A DNA stretch of 64,000 nt from Octopus vulgaris (lineage: Eukaryota): positions 83,762,001 to 83,826,000 of the forward strand of contig OX597825.1 of the NCBI GenBank assembly GCA_951406725.2, in the 5' to 3' direction. The notes beneath the pieces are model-generated. The model was not told the origin of the DNA. It saw only the letters and a program-made list of their open reading frames with translations, and searched no databases. The translations under genes were made by a program, and so were the position numbers. This document shows positions 14,041-27,630 of the stretch, one piece after another. Numbering within the stretch: position 1 is the first letter of the stretch; every line of letters starts with the position of its first letter.

Positions 14041-15429
14041 TTATTAGACTCAAGGGCCGTTATTAGTCTCAAGGTTAAAATTACCCCTACACAACATTTG
14101 TGATCATACAGCAGACATATTGGTTAATTGTTTATAAAAGTCTGGTTTCGTTTAGAAGGGAGCATGTAAACACCCCTTGCCTCGCCTTTGCTGGATGCCA
14201 CACTGCAAAACTCGACAAAACATTTAGTTAGCTTTCGTACGAGTGGCACAATGTAACTGCTTAGGTTTCTTGCATTTTCTCCGCCCTCCAGCCCGGATCA
14301 TCCAATCTAATTTCAATCTAGAACTACATTATCCAATGCGTTCTTCTTTTATTCAGTGGAGGGACTGAGGTAACCATAACATAGTGGGTACCGGAAATGA
14401 GTAATTTATCCTCCAACAAAAGACTCAATCAAAATATCTGCAACAGATTTGACCCCCACGCTAAAGCCATTTAGGTGTTTCATAGTAGAGGTTCACAGAG
14501 CCATGATTCAAGCCAACTAGCCAAAACTCAGAAATTCAATCTGAATAAAACTGTTGCTGTTGGTGTTGTTATTTAATTTAGAGTGAATCCTAATCGACTG
14601 GATTTATAGTGAAAGGTGTTCCACTAGTAATAAACCCGTCTCTTTAGATCTACGTGTAAGGTTTTGGTCGATGAGGGTTAATCGTGTTTCGTATATCGTG
14701 GGCCTGTTCCTCTAGAACAGCAGTTTCTTGTTGTTGAGAAGTCTAGTGCGAGGGAGAAGGCAGAGCTAAAATACAGGATTGGGATGCCCTGACTTGACAT
14801 AAGACGGAAAGTTGGCTGCTATTTCTTTCAATATGAATCAGAGACAGCCTCTGCATTGCACCTCGGGGTAACCTTTTCCTCTTGATTTCCATGTTCTCTC
14901 TTTCTCTCTCTCTGTTTCTGCCTATAATTCAAGCTCTCTCCTTTTCTTCATTTCTATCTCCCTTCTCTCTATCCCCCTCTCTCTCTGTTCTCTGACCCAT
15001 CCTCTCTCCCTATCTCCTCCTCTCCCTCTTTCACACACACACACACACATACACACACACTCACATACGTCTATACATGCTTCTTCTCAGAGAAATCTAT
15101 GTAAAGTTACGTGACCTTGGCCAATCAAAGTTAATTGTATTTGTAATAAACTCAAGTCAGAACTATTAAAGAGATGCGATATGTTTCCAGCGTTGTTATA
15201 GACAGTCTGTCACCGTGTTGACTAGACTAAATGCAGCAATCAATTCTCACTTGCTATAATCAAATATACATTTAGGAGTAAAATGTAAAATTTCTTAAGC
15301 TTCTCTGCGGTGGAGACCTGCTCCAAATGCTTGTTACAAAGAAAAATAAATGGGTTTCCGTTGATTTCGACGATGATTATTCCGGTTGCTAGAATCCATC
15401 AAACTAAAAGGATGACAAGCAGAGTCAAC

Positions 15430-15605
15430 TGATACTTGTTTTATCGACCCCAAAAGGATGAAAGGCAAAGTCGACCTTTGCAGAATTTGAACTCAGAACG
15501 TGAAGACGGACGAAATACCTATTTTTTACTACCCACAAGGGGCTAAAAACAGAGGGAGCAAACAAGGACAGACAAACGGATTAAGCCGATTACATCGACC
15601 CCAGT
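15430..15605 (-). mobile_element. Nin-like SINE: type-A tail fused to a second SINE body
   Basis: Minus: ...ccccttgtgggtagtaaaaataggtatttcgtccgtcttcacgttctgagttc... Confidence 0.8.
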
Positions 15606-15859
15606 GCTGTTGGGGACAGCTAGGATTTTGAGATTGGTACTTGGATGTTGACTGTCTCGCACAATAATTAAGAAACAATTATCAAAGCTTATAAAGTGTG
15701 GAAAGAGACCCCGAGAGACGTCTGACAACAGGCTGCTGTCCGCTCTCACAGAATCTATCAGAACAAACAAGACCGAACATTCCGAGAAGTAAAACAATAA
15801 TAACAATAATAGTGCTCATGGAAACTGCCCATAACCTACGTAAAATACTGTTTGTGTAA
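15606..15859 (+). mobile_element. Two stacked R4/Dong LINE 3' ends separated by an (AAT/AAC)n tail
   Basis: LLGTARILRLVLGC* plus 3'UTR and aataataacaataat, then VLMETAHNLRKILFV*. Confidence 0.75.
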
Positions 15860-15968
15860 GCCCGAGCCTATAGTAGAAGACACTCACCCAAATTGTCACG
15901 CAGTGGGACTGAACCTGGAACCATGTGGTTGGGAAGCCACTTCTTTCCACACACCCACACCTGCGCCC
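15860..15968 (-). mobile_element. Head of CORE-like tRNA SINE
   Basis: Matches the 5' portion of copies at 40115-40196 and 59125-59233. Confidence 0.8.
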
Positions 15969-16254
15969 ATATTTATTACCTTAAATAAAATTAAATAAAA
16001 CAAATTTCTCATTTGCATATTTTCAATAACTATGTTATTATTTTTACAAAGTATAGTAATATAAAGTCTATTCCTTCAAAGACCTATCTCTTAGAAATTT
16101 CATTTAAAAAATGTTATTAGAATTAAAATAGTTGTGGGCGTAACAAATTAGAAATGCACTCATCTTCCACTGTTTATATTAAATCTCTACATATCTCGGT
16201 TTTACTGGACATCAACCATCCAACCAACTGGCCAACATTATCGGCTATTATTAA

Positions 16255-16675
16255 CAGGAATGCTGAGAAGCATTTCGTCCGTCTTTTCGTTCTGAGTTCA
16301 AATTCCGCTGAGGTGGAAATTTGCCTTTCATTTTTTCGGGGGTCGATAAAATAAGTGCCAGTTGGAGTACAGGAAGGCGATGTATTCGACTTATCTCCAC
16401 CCCCAAAATTGTTGGATTGTGCCAAAATTTGTTGGATTGTGTCATAATTACTAGAAATCACGGGGGTAGCAAGATGGCTGAATCGTTAACACGTCAAACA
16501 AAATACTTAATGGCCTTCCTTCTGCCTCTTTATGTTCTGGGTGGAAACTCCACCGAGATCGACTTTGTTTTTCATACTTTCGGGATCGATAAAGTAAATA
16601 GCAATCAAGTATTTGGAGTCAATGTAATCGGCTCAAACCCTCTCCTAAATTTGAGGGCCGTGTGCCAAAATTTTA
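16255..16675 (+). mobile_element. Two tandem decayed Nin-like SINEs (tail type B)
   Basis: gttctgagttcaaattccg and ggggtcgataaaataagt cores; ccccaaaatt...tgtgccaaaattt tails. Confidence 0.75.
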
Positions 16676-17052
16676 CACAGTTATCAATAGAAATTATCGA
16701 GTTCAATATAAAAGTGCAGACAGTAATAAAGATTTAAAACTATTTCCGCTACACCCATCCCAGGTTGTTCTAACAAAATTTCCCTCATGAAATTCTGAAA
16801 TTTAAGCTTAGGCGAAATGTTCCGAGGTTCAAATAGACGGATCTGAATATATTGCGTATGAAAAAAAATGGCGGCTATTAAGCTCCTTTAAAAGGAAGCA
16901 ATTTAATTTAATTTAATTAAAAGTGAAAACATTAAGTTGGATTTAGACAGGGAATTAGAACTCGTTTGAACAAGGATTTACATGGTTGAGGATTACCTAC
17001 GGCTAAAGGACGATACACACAAGCAGACTTACACAAACAGGTGTACATACGA

Positions 17053-17086
<34 letters not shown>

Positions 17087-17314
17087 ACAGACACACACAA
17101 AAACAAGCGCATCCACAGAAATATCCACACCCACACCCATTCACAAATACACAATTGCTCAGATCACAAACATCCTTGAATTCGAAACACCAAAACACAC
17201 ACACTCATACATAGACACTCACACAAACACAGACATACGGACACACAAATACAAATACACATAGACATACAAAGCTACTCTCAATACGTCCTTCCAATCG
17301 CCAAAACATACAAG

Positions 17315-17364
<50 letters not shown>

Positions 17365-19960
17365 GTATATGTATGTATATATATATGCATTTATATCAAT
17401 ATCTATATATATATATATATTCTCTATTGTATATATTTACATATGTGTGTGTGAGCGTATGCTTCTATATGTATGTATATATATATAAGCATAAATGTAA
17501 ATATTATGTGTGTGTATATTTATGCATGTATATGTGTGTAAATATATACATATATGAATTATGCGCGCACGGACACAACACACACAACACACACACATGC
17601 GCGCGCACAAAAATATGGCAAATATTATGGCTAAGAACAATAAATTAAATTTTTTAAACTTTTTTGGAATAAAGTACCATATTTTAGTCTTTAATGAAAA
17701 CAAACTCTCCACCCTCTTTCTCTCTCTTTCTCTCCCACTCTCTCTCACTCTCTCTTTCTCTCTCTCTCTCTCCCACTCTCTCTTTCTTTCTCTCTCTGTC
17801 CCCCTCTTTCTCTATCTTTGTATTCCTTCTTCATTAATTTCTGCATTTTTTTGTATTTTTCTCATATATTTTGTTCTACAATTTTACAACCTTGCTTTCA
17901 AATTTTAATTTTATATTTTATCTCATTATATTTTAAGTCCGTCTCGAAGTAATTTTCTTTGTTTTAAGAATTACAATTTTTTTTTAAATATTTTTTATTG
18001 ATATTTATATTTTCATATTTATTTTATTTTTTATTTTTTTCCACTGATTGTTTGAAGTCAATTTTCTGTTTGGCACGGATTAAGTAATTGATTTCATGTT
18101 ATTTTTAACTGTTGGTAGTCTGCGCTGATATTTATTTATTTTTTTTTTCATATTTATGTTTTTTTTTAATTTTATTTTATTTGATTCTATATCGTGCTAA
18201 CACAAATGTAGGTTTATATTTGCAATTTCTTTATATCTTATTAAACTTTTATTACTTTGGCATTTCCATTAGCGAATATGCCTTAAGATCAACACCACAA
18301 ATGCCTTATAGTTGTAATATAGTAAATCTTGAGTGTTTCTTCTTTAGCGGCTGGCTGTATGCTTTATAGAAAAAAAAAATAGAGACAGTTTTTTTTTTCT
18401 CTCGACGTTAACATTTTAACGTAAAATCAAATTAAGTATTTTTTATGTGTGGTTCTTGTTTTTTGTTTTTGTTTTGTTTTGTTTAAACTTTAAATTAAGT
18501 GACAGACAGAATCCGTGACCTGGTTTAGCACGGCTAACTAACCTATGAAAGCGTTCAGTGGATTTTACGCAGTTAGCAGTGTTTGAACCCCAGAATCTGA
18601 TCTCGTGGTTCAAGATTATGATCATGGATGTTAAGTTGTTTTTTTTAATTGTGCAAGCATGGATTTTGTGCTTAAATCGTTTACATTGCAACCATGTGGA
18701 GCTAGGTTCGATCCCATTATACAGTATCTTCTACCTCCCAGTTCTCGTGAGGCATCACTCAAAGCCTCTAACGCCATAGCAATTCATCCGAAACTAAAGC
18801 GGGCATCCGTGATGGACCGATTCGCCATCGAACAGATACTGATGTACAATGTGGCGCTCCATCTTTTCAGGGTGGAACTGGGGCTGGTAGTTCTTAAGAC
18901 CACTGCCAGGTGGCAATACTTGATTCTGGCGTAAGTTTTAGACTAACTCAAATACATACGTGTCCTACTGGAGCTAGATTTCTGCCCGATTTATTCTACG
19001 ATGTATCGCATTAGATAGAAGTTGTTACGAATGGATGTGCTGGGGATTATACAAATTTGCACGTCTTCGAGAACACTACAGGTGACTAACAACAACCTTT
19101 TTAAGAGAGCCTTTTCTAAAACTTCCATTTCTGTCTTAAGGAGAATTATAGACTCTGAAAATGTTCTTGTTAGGATATTTTCTCAGCAACATCCCCAGTC
19201 GTTGGCTGACATGACTGCGAACGCTCCCAAGCTCGCAGAATACTAGACATATGATTAAATGCATAATAACTGACTTCAATTGTCATAAATATTACGCACA
19301 ACTTCGTCTAATATTACCTTCTCATTTTAAAGAAGCAGTGTTAATCTGAGAGAAATTGACTGTTACGTCATGCCGTTCAAGCGACCATGTATAGGCTCGC
19401 TACTTGGTTGATGGATGTAAATAACAATAATTAACGAAGGGTTTGTGTTAGGGTACATCAAATCGCTGCTCCAAACTTAGATGTCTTGTTTCTGTAGCGG
19501 ACTATAAACGTAAATGTTCCCCCTTTTTAAAAAGTAACTTGCTAATTCTACGGTAAAAATATGTATGGTGTAATGTCTAAGAGGTTGTAGTTACCTCTGG
19601 CTGGAACATTGAACATCAGTGCGCTTTGTAAGAACTGAACACAGGTTAACAACTAAGAACTATACCACTAACAACACTAATACCTATAGAGGACGTGTTG
19701 TATAATCTTTACAGTTGTGTAGAATGCTTTACATTCTTTGTTCCGACCCTCCTTGCTTTGAGTTCAAATCCTGCTGAAGTTAATTTGACTTTCATTATTT
19801 CAGAGTTGATAACAAATATCAATCCATTATAGAGGAATTTGTGGAATTGTCCGAACGTGTGATCAGATAACTTGTGGTACCTGCTCCGGCTTTCTGAGTT
19901 CTGAGTTCAACTCTCCTCGGTGGTATAAATTAATCCGTCGCCTAGCTTAATACCCCCAAA

Positions 19961-20190
19961 AGGCGACGAGCTGGCAGAAACGTTAGCACGCCGGCTGAAA
20001 TGCTTTGCGATATTTCATTTGCCACTACGTTCTGAGTTCAAATTCCGCCGAGGTCGACTTTGCCTTTCATCCTTTCGAGGTCGATTAAATAAGTATCATT
20101 TCTGCACTGGGGTCGATATAATCGACTTAATCTGTTTGTCTGTCCTTGTTTGTCCTCTCTGTGTTTAGCCCCTTGTGGGTAGTAAAGAAA
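19961..20190 (+). mobile_element. Full-length Nin-like tRNA-derived SINE (type A) with 17-bp TSD
   Basis: A-box tggcagaaacgtt, B-box gagttcaaattcc; TSD tagcttaatacccccaa at 19943-19959 and 20191-20207. Confidence 0.92.
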
Positions 20191-21317
20191 TAGCTTAATA
20201 CCCCCAACAAATATTATGACTACTTTTCATGGCGTCCCTTCTGTTGCAAGCATTCGGGACACGACTCCTATTTCAGAAAATCTCCCTCACTACATCCTTT
20301 CTCTCCCACCAGTCTCGGAAATCTGTAAAATAGCCTATGAGCAGTGCCCTAGCTAAATGACAAAGAAAGAAATATATGGGCTTTGGGACCTTATGCTAAT
20401 GTGACAAATTAATATTAGTTCTTATCTACATTAACCGAACTTTTCATCTTATTCGTGTATCCTCTTGTTATTGCTTTGTTAACTTTAATGTTGAACTGCT
20501 TCTACGAGTGTCCGGTGATTAAGCAAAGGTAGTCGACATTTTCCATTCCACTTCATTTATTTGACTCGTAATTGGATCACAAGAGCAGGAAGTGGCAATC
20601 TATTGAATTACTAAGTTGCTTTTACAGTAAACGGTGCAATTAATATTGTTTCCCCTTCGTTATTTCAACCGTATGCTTAATTTGTTGACTAACGTAGACT
20701 AGACTTCAAGCTCGTCTGTCTACACAGCTTATTTCCGTGTGTAATTGGAGAAGTCCCAAGGGAGTGAACTTCTGTGTTTTCTAAACCACGTTGAGCGGGT
20801 CTGGCGAAGCAGTAAAACATGGTTAATGTTGAAATGTTGAAATGAACGCAATTACTGAAGATTTATTAAATGTTTTATTGCAAAGATAAATTGTGAATAT
20901 GGGGAGTGGAAACAGACGTATCATTTTTTTATTATTATTTTTCTGGCAGCTAATAGCATTCGATGATTTTTAGTTGCGCTGGATACGCACATATATACAC
21001 GACACACACCTATATATATACATATATATATATGTATATGTATGTATATATATATATTATATATATATATATATATATATGTGTATGTATATGTATGTAT
21101 ATATGTATGTATGTATATATGTATGTATGCATGTACGTATATATATATATATATATATATACATACATACATACATACATACATACTATTCATATATACA
21201 TATATGTATGCATAAACGTAAGCATAGGCATAATATATATACGTATATATATGTATATATATCAATCTATATATAAAGAGAGAGAGGGGGTGAGAGATGG
21301 TTCGTCAGGCAGGCAGG

Positions 21318-21562
<245 letters not shown>

Positions 21563-22012
21563 TTTAAATGAATTATTATAATGAGGCGAAATACACATGA
21601 TAGAATCTGATCTGCAAATTCCAGCAAATAATGCAATGAGGATGGTTTTAAACGAAAAGAATATGTCTGACATTCTTAGCCTGCAAATAATAGTTTGGCG
21701 TCAGATAAGTTCTACATATCTTTGAGAAGATATTTTGAGCTTCACTGATAGAAAAGTTTCTGTTTCTTGGGGAATTAACGAAACCAAATATTTGCCTCTA
21801 TTTCTCCGAGTTGGGAGGCCACAGCAGACATGTGGTTAGAATGTTGCAGGGAAAAATCGCAACACAGATTCTTGAAGCCGAACCGATAAGGAGGACAGTT
21901 AAGGGTTGACCAATAATGAGATGGTTGGAATAATAGACATAGTCTCAATCGGTCACACTTTCAAACCGGAAAGTCCCATGATGTTTGCTTCCGCTAGGTT
22001 CCGGAAGTCTCT

Positions 22013-22250
22013 ATACCTATTTCATTACTACCCACAAGGGGCTCAACACAGAGGGGACAAACAAGGACAGACAAACTGATGAAGTCGATTATATCGACGC
22101 CAGTGCGTAACTGGTACTTATTTAATAGACCCCGAAAGGATGAAAGGCAAAGTCGATCGGCGGAATTTGAACTCAGAACTCAACGACAGACGAAATACGG
22201 CTACGCATTTCGCCCGGAGTGCTAACGGTTCTGCCAGCTCGCCGCCTTAA
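22013..22250 (-). mobile_element. Full-length Nin-like SINE (type A)
   Basis: Reverse complement of the 19961 copy. Confidence 0.9.
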
Positions 22251-22870
22251 ATCCATTAAGCATCTATGGGTTGATAGATTCGATTGAACGTTGAACAAAT
22301 TCGTGATTGGGTGTCATATAAGATGGCAATGCGTAGCAGATTATGCAAATCTGTTGACAAAAATGTTGGTGGATGGTAAAAACGGAAATGAGTTGGCTCA
22401 AACGCCTTGCTGCTTTAGTTACATCCCTGGACGTTCTCAGTTCCATTTGCGCCAGAGTCGACTTCCGATAGAATGAATTAGCATCTAAGTAGTGGAGCTG
22501 ATCTTATTGACCATATCCACACATAAACTTTGTGATCTTGTGCAATTGTTGTAAATCAATATTTAGATTTTGTAATAAACTGGTATGCCGCAACCACTTA
22601 ATACTTATCTGGAGGTGTAAATGAGAATCAAATAGCTGTAGTCCCGATCTGTTTAAATAAAACTTCCTTCTACTTACACTGTTAATATTCTTCTAATAGT
22701 AAAACCGATATTTCCTAGACAGAACACCAAACTCCTAATGTTTTTATTTACGTTGCAAAGTTGTGCATTTTAAACAAAAATATAATATTTCTGAGAACTT
22801 ACAGAAATAGTATTACTTTTATTATATTAAACAAAGAATTATCATCATCATCTTCATCTTCATCTTCATT

Positions 22871-22908
<38 letters not shown>

Positions 22909-22936
22909 TAATATTATTATTATTATTATTATTATT

Positions 22937-23160
22937 GGTGGTAAGCTGGCAGAATCGTTAGCACACCGGCCAAAATTTTTAGCGGTATTTCTTCTGTCTT
23001 TGTGTTCTGAGTCCAAATTCCACCGAGGTCGACTTTGCCTTTTATCGTTTCAAGGTCGATAAATTGAATAGCAGTTGCGTACTGGAGTTGATCTAATCGA
23101 CTGGCTCCCTACCCCAAAATTTCGGGCCTTGTGCCTAGGGCAGAAAAGGTTATTATTATT
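22937..23160 (+). mobile_element. Nin-like SINE (type B) inside (ATT)n
   Basis: Same head and core; tail ccccaaaatttcgggccttgtgcctag then (tta)n. Confidence 0.88.
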
Positions 23161-23748
23161 TCCTTCTTCAAATTTTCTTCCGTTATCATCATCATCATCA
23201 TCATTATTATTATCATTATTATTATTGTAGCATTAGCGCCAAGTACTTATGTAATTGTTGCAATGATTGAAGATTTCTTCTTATTGGCGATCTAACCATC
23301 CAACCCATCCACAGATCATTACAACGATAGCATTTTCAACGAGAACAGATATAGGGTCATAAAATATGTTGATTGTGCAACTGGTTATGAAAAACTTCTT
23401 GCAAGAATCAATACTCTGCTACAAGTATATTTATATCGTTCGATGGAGTCGTTGACCTTTTTTTTTTCGCCTTCCACTTATTACGAATGATGCAATCTCC
23501 CATTTACGTAACGCTTGTCAATTATGAATATGTTTATCATAAATCCACGGCACCCCGTAATCAGTTTGTCTGTATTGTGTTAGAATAAATAACGATTCCT
23601 ACATTTTATATAAGAGAAATTTTTTTTTGACATTTTTGGATATTTTTTGTATCTTCTCGTGGAATTTCTCGTTATAAATATAAATATAAATAAATTTTAT
23701 AGTAGACGTGTTATTGTTGCTGCAGTTGTTGTTGTTGCTGCTGTTAAC

Positions 23749-23797
<49 letters not shown>

Positions 23798-23799
23798 AA

Positions 23800-24232
23800 G
23801 GAGGCGGTGAGCTTGCAGACTCGTTAGCGCGCCGGGCAAAATGCTTTGCGGCATTTCGTCCGTCCTTGCGTTCTGAGTTGAAATTCCGCGCAGGTCGACT
23901 TTGCCTTTCAACCTTTCGGAGCTGAGTACTAGAGTCGGTATAATAGGCTATCTCCCTCCCGCAAATATCAGGACTTGTGCCTATACTAGAAGGGTTATCA
24001 TAATTATAAACAAGGCGGAGAGCTGGCAGAATAGTTAGCACGCCGGATAGATGTTTAGCAGTATTTCTTCTGTCTTTACGTTCTGAGTTCAAATTCCACT
24101 GAGGTGATCTTTACCATTCATTCTCTCGGGATCAATGAAATAAGTACCAGTTGAGTACTTGGGTCGATGCAATCGACTTACACCTTCCCCCAAAATTACT
24201 GGCTTTCCAAAATTTGTAACCGTTATTATTAT
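23800..24232 (+). mobile_element. Two tandem Nin-like SINEs after (TAT)n
   Basis: Heads ggcggtgagcttgcag (~23803) and ggcggagagctggcag (~24014). Confidence 0.85.
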
Positions 24233-24443
24233 TATTGCTCTTGTTGTGTCGTTGTTGCTTATCGCCCTTCTAGGTCAAACCCGATCCAGAGGTTTTGAGT
24301 TAAGGTTAACCCTGAACCAGAAAACCACCGATAAAGAAACCTACCAGAATTCTATGGTACTGTTTCTTTTCTTTTGTTTTTACACCTTGTTAGAAGGTAA
24401 GTCTAGAGAGGGCGCGGGCCAAAATTACGCACCCTTCCCCTCC

Positions 24444-24548
24444 ATTGGTCAGGTGAAGTTTAAATTGTGTCACGTGGCAGTTAGCTGGCGCTACCTGCTG
24501 AAGCCTACCGGCGAGTATTTATAAGGTAATTGGGCAGGATGGTCATTC
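24444..24548 (+). promoter_or_regulatory. Putative Pol II core promoter (CCAAT, E-box, TATA, Inr)
   Basis: ATTGG 24444, CACGTG 24471, TATTTATAA 24516, TCATTC with A at 24545 (TATA start at about -29). Confidence 0.4.
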
Positions 24549-24623
24549 ACCCGCTGACATTCGCTGATGCTGCTGCGAAACCACCAAAGAATAAAGGGCC
24601 AAAGAAAAAAGGGAAAAAAATTC

Positions 24624-24688
24624 ACTCAACACCGAAGATGAAATCACCTCCGAAAGTGAGGGAGCCACGTCGAAATCGGTAGATGAGT
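24624..24688 (+). ncRNA. Degenerate minimal hammerhead motif
   Basis: actcaaca CCGAAGA t ga...tc GAAA TCGG TA gatgagt; actca/tgagt stem I; stem III one change from palindrome ACCGGT; U4C. Confidence 0.5.
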
Positions 24689-26004
24689 AGGAACCAAAAC
24701 CGGACGTGGTTCCTCCTCATGATATCCTTAGCCAGTGGATCCTATAAAGGATCTGTTTAGGTAGCGAACCACAAATCTTGGTTGGAATTCTTCTTTTGTT
24801 CATTCATATTCTATGACCATATCTTCTTAAAAATGCCAAAAAGGATTCAAGATATATTTGGCTGTTATTTGTAGCAATGACAGCCTAAAGGCTTCCTTGT
24901 TATTTCGTATATTTTAAAGTGGAAGCTTGTGAAGGAAGAGAGAGTTTACCAGCGCTGCAGGTCATTTGTGGACGTTATAATCAGAACCGAATTCCTAATT
25001 CAACACCACGACAAACCAAGGTGAATGTAAAGGCTACAATCAAAATAAATTTCATGAAGATTTCCGGCTACTTTTCCAGAAACAGAGAAGATATTGAACT
25101 AATGAAGCTGTTTGACGAGTACAGCGCCGCCTAACAATTAGTTACCAAAAACCCTCTAAAAAAGGTAAAATCGGACGGAACTTACGGGATGACTTGTACA
25201 AAACTTGTCTCTTATACAAGAAATATATTTATTTCCCTCTTGACACGACAGAAATCGAAGAGCAGACCTGCATTATGGAATCATACATACTTACGTACAT
25301 GTATAGAAATGTATATAGACAAACGGACAGACACAGGTAATGGCTGCAATGATATTTCGTTCAATGCCATCGATTGTTTGATTTCCTTAACATAAACAGT
25401 ACAGATATGTTTTTTCTGTTCTGCTAGGGGCCTACACTTTTTACACTAGTTTTACAACGATAGCCACCTCTTAGAATAGGGGTGCATTGGGCTTACTCTG
25501 TACGTGGAAGCATGTCTTCGCTCCATCATGGAATTTTTCATTGTGTTTTGCTTTTTCTGTGTTACGGATCGCCAATCAAGCAACTCAATATGGAGATGTT
25601 AACAAAGGCGTTAAAATCAAATTATGCCTATGCTTAAAGCTTTTTACAATGAAAGAGAATAACTACGGACAATTGTTTCGAAACCTCCAGCTTCTATACC
25701 CAGATTGTAAACTCGAATTTGTACTAATACTAATGAATCCACTTGGTTTCGTGAGTAAATGACTGAGTGACAATCTAGGGTTTTGTTAAAAGGAAAACAA
25801 TTAGCTAAATCACACATTGCAAGTGCATTCTGTATGCGGAACAGTTAAAATATGCAAGAGTTTTCTCAGTTTCAGAATGGGGATTTTATCTATGCCTTTT
25901 TTGAAACCAGGTTTTTCCTTACAGAATGAATTGAAATAATTAATAACAGTATAGAGCATACATACATACATATATAGATACATACATAAACGCACACATA
26001 CATG

Positions 26005-26067
<63 letters not shown>

Positions 26068-26145
26068 TGTTTGTTTGTTTTAATGTTACGTTGTAATAAA
26101 AACGACTTTACATTAACATGAAATGTTCCTCTACACGTATATAGC

Positions 26146-26192
26146 CACCGTCTGACGATGGCTTATTTGACCGAAACCTTGCAGTCACCGTC
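26146..26192 (+). ncRNA. Minimal hammerhead motif, intact core, weak stems
   Basis: caccgt CTGACGA t GG cttatttga CC GAAA ccttgcag TC accgtc; island between (TG)n and (CA)n. Confidence 0.55.
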
Positions 26193-26228
26193 AACAACAT
26201 TCCTGTGAAAGAATTATACACACACACA

Positions 26229-26285
<57 letters not shown>

Positions 26286-26691
26286 TTGCTTTTATAACGA
26301 TAATGAAACTATAAAAGGTTTTACTGAACAAACCTGCATCTTACTTGTAATAAATGAAAAGTGACGTTGTCGAAAGTGAAATATATAAATTTTTAATCTG
26401 GCTTTAACATTAACGGATTTTCAATTTTAAATAATTGTTTTTACTTGGTTTTACGAAACACTTAAGTTTTTTTCTAGTTTTTCTTTTTTAAATGTCTTCG
26501 AGAATCTGGTATTGGCATTTGCATATGACGTTCTCTTAAAAAATGGAAGAAAAAATTATTTGAAGTTTTAGAAATGTAGGAATAAAGTGATATTTTAAAA
26601 TTAAGGTGGAAAAATTACTTTCATTCTTCGACATATAAAAGACGCCATTAAGAATACTAATAACAGTTGACCATTATATATTTGATGTTTA

Positions 26692-27117
26692 AGGCGGTGA
26701 GCTGGTAGAAACGTTTATCGACCCCGTCTGTCTTTACGTTCTCAGTCCAAATTCCGCCGAGGTCGAGTTTGCCTTTCATTCTTTCGGGGTTGATAAATTA
26801 AGTACCAGTTGTGTAGTGGAGTTGATCTATTCGACTGCCTCCCTCCCCCAAAATTTACGGCCTTGTGCCTATAGCAGAAAGGCGGCGAGCTGGCAGAAAC
26901 GTTTGCACGCCGGGCGAAATGCTTAGCGGTATTTCGTTTGCCGCTACATTCTGAGTTCAAATACCGCTGAGGTCGACTTTGCCTTTCATCCTTTCGGGGT
27001 CGATTAAATAAGTACCAGTTACGCACTGGGGTCGATATAATCGACTTAATCCGTTTGTCTGTCCTTGTTTGTCCTCTCTGTGTTTAGCCCCTTGTGGGTA
27101 GTAAAGAAATAGGTATT
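26692..27117 (+). mobile_element. Tandem Nin-like SINEs: type B followed directly by type A
   Basis: Second head ggcggcgagctggcag at 26881 abuts the first tail tgtgcctatagcagaaa. Confidence 0.9.
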
Positions 27118-27129
27118 AGTATTTTTACT

Positions 27130-27630
27130 GTAAACACTTTACTGGATATTTATTACTCGATATTTTCTTCGGATGACAAGATAGCTCCGACTTATCTGAA
27201 AGTTTTCGTAAGTCTGGGATAATACGTTTGGTCATTCTAGCTTGGTTCGCAGCACCTCTGTAGCATTCAATTCTGTCAATAATTTGATATTTATAGCAAC
27301 CTATATCATTAATGTGGGTTTCGAGAACATTTCTTCCCTGTTCGTCTATTAAATATGAACATTTCTTTCGATCAAATTCCATTCCTTCATTGAGTGAAAA
27401 TGGATTTATTTTAGTTATTAGCTTCTCTGTTCAATAAATATTTTCTGCATAGTTCTTTAATTCGCCTGCAAAGAAATTAGTGATAACAATGTTGTCTCCC
27501 GATGTTGTAGAACTTTACACAACTGCATTGAATCATTTTAAACAAATGACTGTGGGGATCGAACCAAAATAAACAGAATCATAGACAGTTTGTCGCCTAG
27601 GAATATTCCCTTGGAAACATTTATAACATC
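27130..27630 (-). pseudogene. Decayed R4/Dong LINE reverse-transcriptase core
   Basis: VSKGIFLGDKLSMILF (cf. GIFQGDSLSPLLF), FFAGELKNYA (cf. LFMDDLKLYA), FSLNEGMEFDRKKC and CYKYQ (cf. YKYLG), in the correct order with stops. Confidence 0.75.

Noticed and set aside
19961-20050. tRNA gene
   Set aside because: A and B boxes belong to multi-copy SINE heads; no complete cloverleaf.
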